DNA of 64,000 bases from Flectonema sp. DT1601. Taxonomy: Eukaryota. Made by a program: the position numbers and the translations under genes. The stretch is taken from NCBI GenBank assembly GCA_964019425.1, contig OZ025780.1:248001-312000 (forward strand), in the 5' to 3' direction. How positions within the stretch are numbered: the stretch's first letter is position 1; the number at the start of each line of letters is the position of its first letter. Shown here piece after piece: positions 1 through 10,584 of this stretch. The notes beneath the pieces were generated by a model, which saw only the letters and a program-made list of their open reading frames with translations, did no database searches and was not told the origin of the DNA.

Positions 1-2
1 AT

Positions 3-2066
3 TCTCGTAGTACTCTGTTACTGCATGCCTATCACGTTGATATTAAGCTTGATGGTAGTGGGATAGCATTATCACTATTTTGGAGAAATTTTTTTCCATT
101 TAAAAATGAAAATGAAAATCGTCAGACCGACTCATACCAAATACCGTCTGTTGGAATGTCGTACAGCAACTCTTCCAGTAAAAGTATCGGGTCTATTCCT
201 CGAGATGCTCATTCTGTTTCTTTTATAAGCAGGTTTGTGTTAACTCACACGACAAACATCGACAGTGATATCATTTTATTCGAAATTGATAATTCAAATT
301 CAATGCCGTCCTGCAGTATAAAATATTCTCTTGATCGAATTGAGTGTGGTTTAGGTGACAATGTCAATCCCGGAACTCGTTGTTTTATTCAAATAAACTC
401 AATGACAACGAATGAAGCATTTGTTATTGGATGGAGGTACCGATATTTAGAACACGGAGCTGAGTCTGTTGTTGACATGTGGTTAGTCACAGAATTCCAC
501 ACACAGGTGTTACACCAACAGTGTAAATATCCAGATGTTACTGTGTTCAAAAGCGATGATGGTGGTTACGGGAAAACATTAGTTTCACCATCAGAATTGT
601 TCACTGGATACGCAGGTCCTTCTGAGCTCTACATCGACGCTACAGGTCTAACAGAGTACGCGATTCGTTCACGACTGACAACGTTGCTTAATGTCCCTCA
701 GAATAATATACTTAACCCTAACAACCCTTCAGCTGATACTGTTTTTGTATACGACAGCCACAGTTGTGAAGGAACACCTACTCTCTTAACACCAGACTCT
801 GACGATGACTATTTAGGTTCAGGTTATTGGTCATCCTGCAGTAAAGGTCTTAATAAATTCACAACAGGAATACGAAGTGTATTTATTCCTTCTTCTCAAC
901 ACGCTGTTGAGGTCATTGGTACGAATGGATTAATGAGCGTGGGATTCGTTGGTTGTTACGTTGATTCCAGCAGTGAGACGCATGCAAAAGATCTCCGAAT
1001 TAGAATCTCGGGAAGCCACACAATAAGTAGTTGTTCCGCAGCATGTGCTGACTACATGTTGTTCGCATTGCGAAATTACGGAAGTTGTTTTTGCGGTGAC
1101 TCCTTCACTGATGAAGAACTTCCAACCGACAGCATTCAATGTGGCACCGCATGCACATCAGAAACTGCACCTAGTTCGATTCTCGGTAACGACCGATTTT
1201 GCGGCACTTCCAACAGAACTGCTGTGTACTCCCAGAATGGAATTTGTTCTTCTTTGTTAGGATTTGACGACGAGGTCATATCTCGGTCGGGTATCAAAAA
1301 GAAATTTATTTCTTCTGACGACGGCTGCGTCAGTCTCAATTCCAATTCTTATTTCGCTGTCAGATTTATTGCTGGCTACACTAGTGTGAATGATACCGTA
1401 GGGGGTGTTGGTTTTCGACCTTCTCTGTTATCAAGTGAAGGAGGGAATTTGATGATACTTTCTTCAGACAAGAAGTCAATCATCGTAGTGAGGTACGATG
1501 GTGTCGTATTGCAGACGATATTCTCCCCATTGGAGGTGTTGACTTTTGTTGTGTCGGCGTCAACGTTTGAAACAAAACTGTTGGTACTCTCAAGGAATAT
1601 AAATACAGTTGATAGTTTTATCTTCATATATGATCAGGAGGGTGACCAGAGGGAGGATGACCAGAAGGATTCTCGAGGGTTGTATTCAATCGTTGCGGTG
1701 ATCAGTTCCGTTGATGAATTTGAATCGAAAAGTTTAAATAATTTCACGACGAAATCAAAATGGATATCCGCCTCCCTCACAAGTAGTTCTGTTATCGTGT
1801 CTGGTGAAGACGGCTTGATTTCGATGATGGAGATTCCTTCTCAGAGTGGAATTCAACGTTCAGACTGTTCAACGAATGAATTATTTAATGGATACTCTTG
1901 TCTTCCTGGTGATTGTTATAAAGGCTGTAGTGGTCATGGTCAATGTGGACCTAACGCATCTTGTCAGTGCGATCCTGGATATGTTGGTAAACATTGTGAA
2001 AACACTTTACCTTGTGAAGTTGTTAAAAATATTATTCAAATTCCATTCAAGTGTTCTGATGGATAA
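3..2066 (+). CDS. Secreted/surface protein with WSC domain and C-terminal EGF-like domain (5' end outside window)
   Basis: The frame of ORF 156..2066 stays open back to base 3. WSC pattern FVGCYVD...CSAAC...FALRNYGSCFCG...CG...AVY; EGF pattern CSGHGQC...CQCDPGYVGKHC. Confidence 0.75.
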   Translation, partial: SRSTLLLHAYHVDIKLDGSGIALSLFWRNFFPFKNENENRQTDSYQIPSVGMSYSNSSSKSIGSIPRDAHSVSFISRFVLTHTTNIDSDIILFEIDNSNSMPSCSIKYSLDRIECGLGDNVNPGTRCFIQINSMTTNEAFVIGWRYRYLEHGAESVVDMWLVTEFHTQVLHQQCKYPDVTVFKSDDGGYGKTLVSPSELFTGYAGPSELYIDATGLTEYAIRSRLTTLLNVPQNNILNPNNPSADTVFVYDSHSCEGTPTLLTPDSDDDYLGSGYWSSCSKGLNKFTTGIRSVFIPSSQHAVEVIGTNGLMSVGFVGCYVDSSSETHAKDLRIRISGSHTISSCSAACADYMLFALRNYGSCFCGDSFTDEELPTDSIQCGTACTSETAPSSILGNDRFCGTSNRTAVYSQNGICSSLLGFDDEVISRSGIKKKFISSDDGCVSLNSNSYFAVRFIAGYTSVNDTVGGVGFRPSLLSSEGGNLMILSSDKKSIIVVRYDGVVLQTIFSPLEVLTFVVSASTFETKLLVLSRNINTVDSFIFIYDQEGDQREDDQKDSRGLYSIVAVISSVDEFESKSLNNFTTKSKWISASLTSSSVIVSGEDGLISMMEIPSQSGIQRSDCSTNELFNGYSCLPGDCYKGCSGHGQCGPNASCQCDPGYVGKHCENTLPCEVVKNIIQIPFKCSDG

Positions 2067-2275
2067 TCTGATTTTACTTTTTTTTATTTATTTACACTTT
2101 TTTGATACCTTTTGTTAAGACTTTTATGTTGTGTATTGTAAAGAGGAGGTATTTCTATGCCTTTATTCTTAAATTTTAAAATTAGTTTCTTGTTTTTTTT
2201 TGGTTTGGGACGGTGATCTTTTTGGTTTTTTTGAGCGCAAAAATAAAATCCATATTTCTACAGAACACGGATCTT

Positions 2276-4648
2276 ATGAAGACGAGTTGGTTGTTATTTT
2301 TGATAACCACCTGCATCACTGCAGTGAATAGCAGTGAATCTGTTATGGTGTGGGGATCAGAAGCACAACAAACTGTTCCTTACAGTAGGCTTACTAACAT
2401 CACTCAGATCGTGGGAGGAAAATTTTCCTTTGCTGCAGTCTCGAATGGAGAACTTGTTGTGTGGGGAGATGGACCTGCTAACGATAGCACGACTGTTAAT
2501 GGAATACTTTCTGGTGTTCATATTTCTAAAATAACTCCGTCGAAAGTAGCGTTTGCGGCACTTCTTCAAAACGGAACTGTCGTGACTTGGGGAAATCCTG
2601 TTTTCAATGTGAATACAGTTCCTTCCATGAGAGATGTGATTGTGAAGGATATCTACGCTACGTCGTATGCGTTTGCTTTTTTAAAATCTGATGGAAGTGT
2701 TTCAAGTTGGGGACTCGACTTTTCTGAATTAGGATACAAAGGATACGTCGACGTGTCGACAGTTCAACATCTACTAATCGACGTGAAGGATATTTATACT
2801 TCACCAACAACATTTGCTGCCCTGACTTCACAGAGAACAATCGTTTCATGGGGAAGACTTGACGGAAACTTTGGTGGAGACAGTTCAACGGTTTCCGAAC
2901 AACTTCAAAACGTGTCTTCTGCTGTTGGAAACTTCGCAGCTTTCGCGGCAATTCTACAAAATGGTGATGTAGTTGCTTGGGGAATGCCTCTGTTTGGTGG
3001 TAACATTTCAACTGTGAAACATTTATTAAAAAACGTCACGTCGATTACTACGACACCCCTCGCATTTGCAGCGCAAACATCTAATGGCGATGTAGTTACT
3101 TGGGGAGTTAGTTTCTGTGGTGGATATGTTTCAGATCCAGAGATACAAAAGAAATTAAAAAATGTTAAATCAATCGTCAGTACGACCTGTTCCTTTGGAG
3201 CTGTAACGAGTGACGACAGTGTTGTTGTTTGGGGGAATATGGCAAATAACACGTCGACGGTGAAATCGTTGTTGAAATCGGTTTCAGCTCTCTATGCGAC
3301 GAACAGTTCGTATGTTGCTCTAACAACATCTAACACGGTAGTTGCGTGGGGTTCATCAAATATGGAAAGCTCTGACACTTCAACAGTGAACCATTTATTA
3401 AATAACAAACATATTAATATAACGTCAATAACGAGTACCAGCACGTCATTCGCGGCTACTTATAAAGTTGAAATCGTAAGTGAGGAATCGAAAACAAGAT
3501 TGATTTTGATAATAGTTTTGTGTTCTGTGTTGGGATTACTATTCGTTTGTTTGTTGGTGTGTTGCAATCGCAGAAGTAAAATATTAATTAATTCGAATGA
3601 CGATGGTGAAGATGTGGCATTATTCACAATGGATTTATCTATGGAATGGACCATTAATAAATATGGAACAGAAACTGTAATCGAAAGTGTAAAGACAAAT
3701 AAGTCTTTTGATACTGAAATTCCTAATGAGTGTCTTTCTGACTTCAACTTCATCAGCAATTCTCGTTTTGGTAAGAATTACACCGCGACGTACACTACGT
3801 GTAGAGAAGTAGTAGCAGTCAGACAATCAAAAACTAGTTTTTATATGAGTTTGCTTGAAGAGGTTAACATGTTGTGTAATATTCGTCAAAAAGATATCAT
3901 AAAATACTACGGATGGTCTCGAACTGACGACGGTATTAGAATCGTTATGCAACACTGTGAAGAAGGGTCTTTATACGAATATTTAAAAAGACATCCTCCA
4001 TCAAACAGAGCGAGATTTTCACTAAAAATGCTTTCAATCGCAAGGGGGATTGCTTTTATTCATACGCATGGACTCGCTCACATGGATATATCAACGCACT
4101 CAATCTTAATAAGCAAAGGTGAGTTATTAGTCGGTGATATGGGGGCGATTCACAGAACAGGTTCAGTGATCAAGTCTGAATTATTAATCCCGTTTTGTCC
4201 TCCAGAAACTTTATCAAGTTCACAACCCAGAGCATCACATCCTCACGACGTTTGGAGTCTTGCCTGCACTGTTTATGAAATTTTATCTGGAATTGTTCCA
4301 TATTCTGATAAAGTTAGTTCAGACAACTCTGGAAAACAACTAATAAAACTAATTAAATTAAATAACATTCCAACCAGACCATCGGACTTATCCGAATTGG
4401 GAGAAAACATTTTCGATTTCCTCGTTCAACACTGTTGGACAGATCCGATAAACAGAGTTTCTGTAAAAGTAATCATCACGTCATTTCAGAATTTAATTGG
4501 AGAGACTCCACAATTAATTACAATCCCTCAGTTCGATGCCGCCGCTGATATCTATTTCGATTACAAGTCCGAGGAAGGTGACGATGCTAATCAAAATGAC
4601 TCAAATGAAGATACGCAATATACATACTCCAGTAACACACTCAATTAA
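2276..4648 (+). CDS. Receptor-like pseudokinase: signal peptide, RCC1/BLIP-II-like repeats, TM helix, degenerate protein kinase domain
   Basis: First ATG at 2276 (MKTSWLLFLI, signal-like), after TACAG. Repeats of AFAA...G.VV.WG...GGDSSTV. TM LILIIVLCSVLGLLFVCLLV. Kinase motifs VAVR, HMDISTHS, DMG, PPE, DVWSLA. Confidence 0.8.
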   Translation: MKTSWLLFLITTCITAVNSSESVMVWGSEAQQTVPYSRLTNITQIVGGKFSFAAVSNGELVVWGDGPANDSTTVNGILSGVHISKITPSKVAFAALLQNGTVVTWGNPVFNVNTVPSMRDVIVKDIYATSYAFAFLKSDGSVSSWGLDFSELGYKGYVDVSTVQHLLIDVKDIYTSPTTFAALTSQRTIVSWGRLDGNFGGDSSTVSEQLQNVSSAVGNFAAFAAILQNGDVVAWGMPLFGGNISTVKHLLKNVTSITTTPLAFAAQTSNGDVVTWGVSFCGGYVSDPEIQKKLKNVKSIVSTTCSFGAVTSDDSVVVWGNMANNTSTVKSLLKSVSALYATNSSYVALTTSNTVVAWGSSNMESSDTSTVNHLLNNKHINITSITSTSTSFAATYKVEIVSEESKTRLILIIVLCSVLGLLFVCLLVCCNRRSKILINSNDDGEDVALFTMDLSMEWTINKYGTETVIESVKTNKSFDTEIPNECLSDFNFISNSRFGKNYTATYTTCREVVAVRQSKTSFYMSLLEEVNMLCNIRQKDIIKYYGWSRTDDGIRIVMQHCEEGSLYEYLKRHPPSNRARFSLKMLSIARGIAFIHTHGLAHMDISTHSILISKGELLVGDMGAIHRTGSVIKSELLIPFCPPETLSSSQPRASHPHDVWSLACTVYEILSGIVPYSDKVSSDNSGKQLIKLIKLNNIPTRPSDLSELGENIFDFLVQHCWTDPINRVSVKVIITSFQNLIGETPQLITIPQFDAAADIYFDYKSEEGDDANQNDSNEDTQYTYSSNTLN

Positions 4649-4672
4649 AGGTATCGATAGTGATTGTGATTG

Positions 4673-4711
<39 letters not shown>

Positions 4712-5448
4712 ATAAGTGAATCTTATTCCTATCTATTAGTCACGTTAATTTAAGCTTTTTTTTAAAACAAAACTTTTTTTTTTAGCTAATTAAAGTATCA
4801 AAAAAAAAAGGCTCTTCCCCCCCCCAATTTTTTTTACTAGTCGGTCTCTCATTACTGGTGACCATGAATTAGGTTCGACATAATGTCGTAGTATCACAAG
4901 TGGTTAGCTATTCCTCCCTGGGAGTGGTTACGAGATTAGATTGATAACTAACTAACGCTACGGATCAAGGAAACTGCAGAAATGACTTACTTATGTTCTA
5001 TTATTTATTCACTTTTCTATACTAAAATTAATGATAACAATGCTACGGATCTCAGTTTTCTTAAGTTCTTGTTCTGTTCTGTTCTGTTCTGTTTTTTCTT
5101 TTTTTTTTTGTTGTTGTAACACGAATACAATGTGAAGATATCTCTTGCTTCCGTCTAGGCAACTCTCTTTTCTTTTTACACCGATAATTTCGGAAGAGGA
5201 AACCTCATTCAGTTTAAGAATTATTTATTATTTTTTTTTTAGTGCGCTATTACTCGTCCGTGATTAGACTTTATCTGAACGGGGAGGGGGGTTTTTTTTT
5301 TATATAAAAAAAAAATTATTATTGTTGTTTTGTTACTGAAATTGATTGTATTTCAAAGTGTTTATTCTATTCTCTGAATTGTAATTTCCACAAAAATCTA
5401 AAAAAAAAAAAAAAACCACCTTCCCTCTTCCTACAGAATTAAATTAAA

Positions 5449-6417
5449 ATGGATGGATTTGGAATGATGCCTCCTGTGGCTGCAGGACCAAGTCTTGCAG
5501 GACAGCATGCATTTCAGAGACGAATGCTGTCAGAGTACTTTAAATATCAATCGAGTTCAGAAGGTAAAGCTGGAGTAGGACCTCCAATGATGCAAGACCC
5601 ATCAAGAGGTAGAGATGTTGACATGAGAAAGATCGTTACAGCTCTAGCAGCACAGCTGTATGGACAGAGTGCTGAACTGAGAGAATCAGAAGAGAAATGT
5701 TCAATGAGACTAGCTCTAAAGAATATAATATTAAAAGACCCAGACATTGATGAAGCAACAATCGGACCCGTGAGAGAAGGTTTTTCTGATATTCCTTCAG
5801 GAAATCGAAAGCTGCCGTACCCACTTGATCTTCCAGTCGTACCTGGTAGATTCCCATGGAAAGACCTACCAAAACCTGCACCTCCGAGTGGTCGTATTCC
5901 ATCTATTCATGTTCAAGAACGTTTAGAACAGAGATGGAAACAAATTGTTATTGGATTGCTAACTCCTGGTCATCAAAACTTTTTAGCAGCGTTTAGAAGA
6001 GGAGATGCCTTGGCGGTAACTCCAATACCACCTGACATCTACACGGAATGTTCTAAAAGGGAATTCGACAGGAAATTACGTCACTGGCGTAGACTTCTTC
6101 ACCTCTTTGATGATCCTTACGCAGAGCCAACTGATTGTAAGCTTCTTGATATGAGCGATTCAGACAAGGATTATGATGAAGAGGAAGAAGAAGAAGAAGA
6201 TTTCGGTGCCTTTATGAATCCATCAAACAACTTTAGTTCTCCTGAAACTGCTGAAGGTAGAGAAGTATTCCTTCCTCCCTCAACAGAGTCAACCTCTGAC
6301 AGCGACCTCAGTAATACGAAAGACCTTATCGGACAAGCCTGGACTTTAGATCCAGCTGAGCTTGCCAGCTTTGAAGATCACGGAGGTCCACCGCTGACAC
6401 GGTCTTTGGGGAAGTAG
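5449..6417 (+). CDS. SLBP: Protein with histone stem-loop binding protein (SLBP)-like RNA-binding domain
   Basis: RLEQRWKQIVIGLLTPGHQNF...PPDIYTECSKREFDRKLRHWRRLLHLFD resembles the SLBP RBD pattern (R..RQKQI..GKNT..Y...TP......S.R.WD.....W+..LH.WD), followed by an acidic tract. Confidence 0.7.
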   Translation: MDGFGMMPPVAAGPSLAGQHAFQRRMLSEYFKYQSSSEGKAGVGPPMMQDPSRGRDVDMRKIVTALAAQLYGQSAELRESEEKCSMRLALKNIILKDPDIDEATIGPVREGFSDIPSGNRKLPYPLDLPVVPGRFPWKDLPKPAPPSGRIPSIHVQERLEQRWKQIVIGLLTPGHQNFLAAFRRGDALAVTPIPPDIYTECSKREFDRKLRHWRRLLHLFDDPYAEPTDCKLLDMSDSDKDYDEEEEEEEDFGAFMNPSNNFSSPETAEGREVFLPPSTESTSDSDLSNTKDLIGQAWTLDPAELASFEDHGGPPLTRSLGK

Positions 6418-6789
6418 ATAAAAAAATTATTTTTCAGAGCCTTTTACACGAATGTTTTATTTAATCATAAAGCTTTGCTTTATCTATATTGCTTTTTCAG
6501 AGCTGTTTCTCGGCTGTTCGATTGCTGTTGGATATGATGTGGAAAAAAAAAAAAATAATAATAAAAAAAAAAGAACTTGCGCTTCCAGGCACTACACGCA
6601 ATTAGGAAATAAACCTGTAAAGGGTGGAAGCTGCTATGATTCAATCCCTCCCTTATAATGATTCATGTCTAATTTGTTGCGTGTTAACCTTGATTTATTT
6701 ATCCAAGTCCCCCCAAAAAAAAAAAAAAAAAAAGATAATCATCGCCTTTGTATGATTCGTGAAAAAAAATACAGAGTTGCTAAGCTCTA

Positions 6790-6823
<34 letters not shown>

Positions 6824-8199
6824 AGATTTGGGAGATTCATACCCAAATTCTATTTGTGGGAGGTATTGTCGTTTTTTTAAAAACAAACAAAAAAAAAAAA
6901 AATCCCCAAAAAAAAAAGAAAGAAAGAAAGAAAGAAATAATAATATTTGTCCGCGAGTTCTTTTTTTTTAAAGAAAGTTGACTAACTGTGACTGACTGCC
7001 AACGATAACAACAACAACAATGCAGTTCGTCTACAAATAACGTCAATGCGGCGAAAGTGCTTCGACCCACCCGTCTTTTCCGACTTCACTGTTCATTGTT
7101 TGACTAATTAAATTGGAGAGAATTCGTAAGTTCTATTTGTGGATTATTTACCTTTCCTTTTCCTTTTTTTTCCCTTTTTTTTTGTTTTATTTCTTCCCTT
7201 TCCCCCTATTCTGATGTGTGTGTGAGAGTCTGAGTCTGAACTTCGAGGTGAAGCTGACGTAGTGCCCTTATCTATGGTGGGCTTTTTTTCAGGAGACACG
7301 GTCGGTCGTTATCTGTTTTTTTTAAATTTTTTTTTTGTCCCTCCTCTCTCTCTATTTCACTAAATTCTAATAGACTGTATGCGAGACCAGAAAAAAAAAA
7401 ACAAAAAAAACAAAAACAAAAAATTTCTTTTTTTTTTTTTTTCTGGTTTACAAAAATTCTATTCGGCTGCTGTGGAAACAAGTCAGCCAAAAAACAAAAA
7501 ACAAAAAACAAAAAAAAAAAAGAGGATTAACACCGACTCCCTTTGCGTGGACTTTATTACAAAAAATGGATGGATTAATTGAGTAGCCATTCTACTAATT
7601 AAGTTAATCATCGTCGGGTTGTTAGTTTTCATAAGATGTAATCTTTCTCTCAACCCCCTAAAAAAAAAAAAGGAGTCTGGAAATAATAAACCCATAACGT
7701 GATCAGTAAAAGGGAGTTTTTTCTTTACAATCACCCGCATAACAAGTGTGTCCTGCGGTATGGAGTTTTCACTCAACTGATTTCAGATTTCAAAATATTG
7801 TTTCCGTTTTGCTTCCCCTCCTTCACTGCGATGCTTTTGACTCACACTTTTTTTTTTGTATTCGTTTTCATTATATGAGTTTATTATTTAGTTTTTTTTC
7901 GTTTTTTTTTTAATACATTTATTGATGAGAAACTCTTCTTTAGACAGGTTGATACTTCAGAAGTAATGAACGACCCCCCCCTCTCAATACATCACATCAG
8001 TCGAGTGAAGGAATCTTTTAGATTTCTTTATATCAAGAAGTTCAGACAAATCTTTATTGTGTTCTATATTTCTCTTCTGTTTGATAGGTGTTGACATTTT
8101 CATCTCTTGCGACGTGGGAATCCAAACAGGTGTTTTTCATTTAATTCAAGTGCATTTAATTTTTTTGTTTCATCTCAGACATCATCTCGACAAAAAAAA

Positions 8200-9948
8200 A
8201 TGTCAACACCCGAAGCAGCAGCACCTACCAAAGAGCTAACTCCAGAGGAGAAGGCGGCAAAGGAAGCAGCAAAGGAAAAGAAGAAGGCTGAAAAGGCAGC
8301 TGCAAAAGAAGCGAAGGCGAAGGCAAAGGCCGACAGGGCTGCTGCTAATGCAGCGAAGAATGCCCCGGCGGCGATTAAGTTTACTGAGGACTTTGGAGAG
8401 AAGGAAATTGTACAGTCGTGTACTCACAAGAAGGTAACATGGTCTGATATTCGTGACGTTACTGGTGATATGGACGGTGAGACAGTTACTGTGAGAGCGA
8501 GAATTCAAACTTCTCGTAAGAACTCTGCAAAACTTTGTTTTGTTGTTCTCAGAAAGCAAACATCAAACATCCAGTGCGTTATCCGTGAGGACCCTCTACC
8601 ACGTGATTGTATTAAATGGGCTTGTGGTCTACCTTTGGAATCAATTGTTGATGTTACTGGTAAGGTTGTCAGACCAAAGGAACCTGTTACTTCTTGTACC
8701 CAATCTACTGCTGAAATCTTTATCAGTCGTATTCACTTAGTATCAACTGGTGTTCAGGTTATGCCATTTCAGTATCAGGATGCTTGTGGTTTGTCGACTA
8801 TGGAAGAAAAGGACGATAAGGGAAATGTGATTTCAACTAAAGAAGTTGTCGTTCAGCAGGACACTCGTCTAGAGACCAGATGGTTAGATATGCGTACACC
8901 TGCTAACTTAGGTATTTGGACTATTCAGGCGAGAGTTTGTCAGTTCTTTAGAGAATATTTAACTACTCAGAAGTTTCTTGAGATCCACACTCCAAAGATC
9001 ATCCCTGCTGCATCTGAAGGTGGTGCTTCTGTTTTCAAGTTGGGATACTTTGGTAAAGATGCGTTCCTTGCGCAGTCACCTCAGTTGTACAAACAGATGG
9101 CTCTTCAGGGTGATTTGGAACGTGTTTTTGAAATTGCTCCAGTTTTTAGATCCGAGAATGCTAACACTCACCGTCACTTGTGTGAGTTCGTTGGTCTCGA
9201 TGTTGAATTAGAAATTAAAGAACACTACTACGAAGTGTTGGATGTTGCTGAAGCACTATTCACATACATCTTTGACAACCTTCACTCTCAGTGTGCGAGT
9301 TACATTGAGATGATTAACGCTCAATGGCCACACAGCAAGTTCGAACATAAAATGACTGCTGAAAAGATTGAAGAGCTCAACGTTGGAATCATTGAAGGAG
9401 AAGAACAGCGACCATCAAAAGATACTTACGGAGCACTTATCAAGGACCGCGCTACATCTTGCCTCAGGTTGGAGTACCCAAATGGTGTAGCTTTACTTAA
9501 CACTGTTCTTCCTGATGATGAAAAAATGGACCCTGCTGACGACCTTAACACCACCAATGAAAAGAAGCTTGGAGTTTTGATTAAGGAACGCTATGGTGTT
9601 GATTTCTTTATTTTAGATCAGTTCCCGTCATCTGTGAGACCATTCTACACGATGCCAAACAAGGAAAACCCAACTTTCAGTAACTCGTACGACATGTTTA
9701 TGAGAGGTGAAGAAATCTCTAGTGGTGCACAGAGAATTCACGACCCGACTCTGTTAGAAACTCGTGGAAAAGAAATGGAAGTCGACATGTCTCACTTAAA
9801 GGACTACATTGACGCTTTCCGTCTGGGTGGATGGCCACACGGAGGATTCGGTGTTGGTCTTGAGAGAGTTGTAATGCTCTTCCTTGGTCTTCACAACATC
9901 CGTTCTTGCTCGATGTTCCCACGTGACCCACGTAGAAACACTCCGTAG
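8200..9948 (+). CDS. DARS1: Aspartyl-tRNA synthetase, eukaryotic cytosolic type
   Basis: ATG at 8200 (the track start 8107 is TTG). Lys/Ala-rich N-extension, OB fold, SEGGASVF, LAQSPQLYKQM, FRSE...RHL.EF, GEEISSGAQRIH, PHGGFGVGLER, FPRDP. Confidence 0.97.
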   Translation: MSTPEAAAPTKELTPEEKAAKEAAKEKKKAEKAAAKEAKAKAKADRAAANAAKNAPAAIKFTEDFGEKEIVQSCTHKKVTWSDIRDVTGDMDGETVTVRARIQTSRKNSAKLCFVVLRKQTSNIQCVIREDPLPRDCIKWACGLPLESIVDVTGKVVRPKEPVTSCTQSTAEIFISRIHLVSTGVQVMPFQYQDACGLSTMEEKDDKGNVISTKEVVVQQDTRLETRWLDMRTPANLGIWTIQARVCQFFREYLTTQKFLEIHTPKIIPAASEGGASVFKLGYFGKDAFLAQSPQLYKQMALQGDLERVFEIAPVFRSENANTHRHLCEFVGLDVELEIKEHYYEVLDVAEALFTYIFDNLHSQCASYIEMINAQWPHSKFEHKMTAEKIEELNVGIIEGEEQRPSKDTYGALIKDRATSCLRLEYPNGVALLNTVLPDDEKMDPADDLNTTNEKKLGVLIKERYGVDFFILDQFPSSVRPFYTMPNKENPTFSNSYDMFMRGEEISSGAQRIHDPTLLETRGKEMEVDMSHLKDYIDAFRLGGWPHGGFGVGLERVVMLFLGLHNIRSCSMFPRDPRRNTP

Positions 9949-10584
9949 GCTTAACACTACTATCAACTTTCATTGCCGAGTGTTATTTTTTTTCTTTTTT
10001 TTTTTAGTTTTCTTTGAAAAAAAAAAAGGCTTTTGGAGGAATGGAGAAAAAAACAAACAGAAAGAAGACCCCCCGACAGGAAACAAAAAAAAAAAAAAAA
10101 AACACTCCATGTTTTTTTTTACCACACTCCTGCATACCCCAAGGAACGGAAAATGAAAAAAAAAACAAGGTCAACGGACGAAGTGCACTGAGAGATTTAA
10201 GAAAGCAAAAAAAACGATCTCTCTTTTTTTTTAAGAAAAAACTATTTTCCCCCAATTCCCCCCCCGGAGCTCCTCTGTTTTCAGTGAGTTGAGCTTCGTC
10301 ACAACGTGAGAAGGAAAAAGACGGAAGAAAAAAAAAAAAAAAAAAAAAAGTTGAATTTGATATCCTTTTATGAGCGAAACGGGTACAACGAAAAAAAAAA
10401 AAAAAGAAAAAAAAAGGAAAAGAAGGTGACCCGTTATCACCGACTAGTATTCCAGAACAGCAGAGAGAAGAAAGACGAGACAAACTTATCTGTTGAAAGC
10501 CAACCTTTTCAACTGTATCCTTCAACCTTCTTTGTTTCATAGTCATATTCAAACTCAGCTCCGATTAAAAATATAAAACAATGA

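Noticed and set aside
2213..2275. Longer start for the first receptor kinase
   Set aside because: GTG start upstream of a TACAG acceptor; the ATG at 2276 gives a normal signal peptide.
6452..7776. Cluster of short poly-Lys/poly-Phe ORFs (also 9884-10552, 24144-24973, 61566-63916)
   Set aside because: They are translations of A/T homopolymer tracts with no coding signal.
8107..8199. N-terminal extension of AspRS as a possible targeting peptide
   Set aside because: It starts at TTG, has a stop just upstream and no ATG, and contains a T-rich tract and CAG acceptor; more likely UTR.
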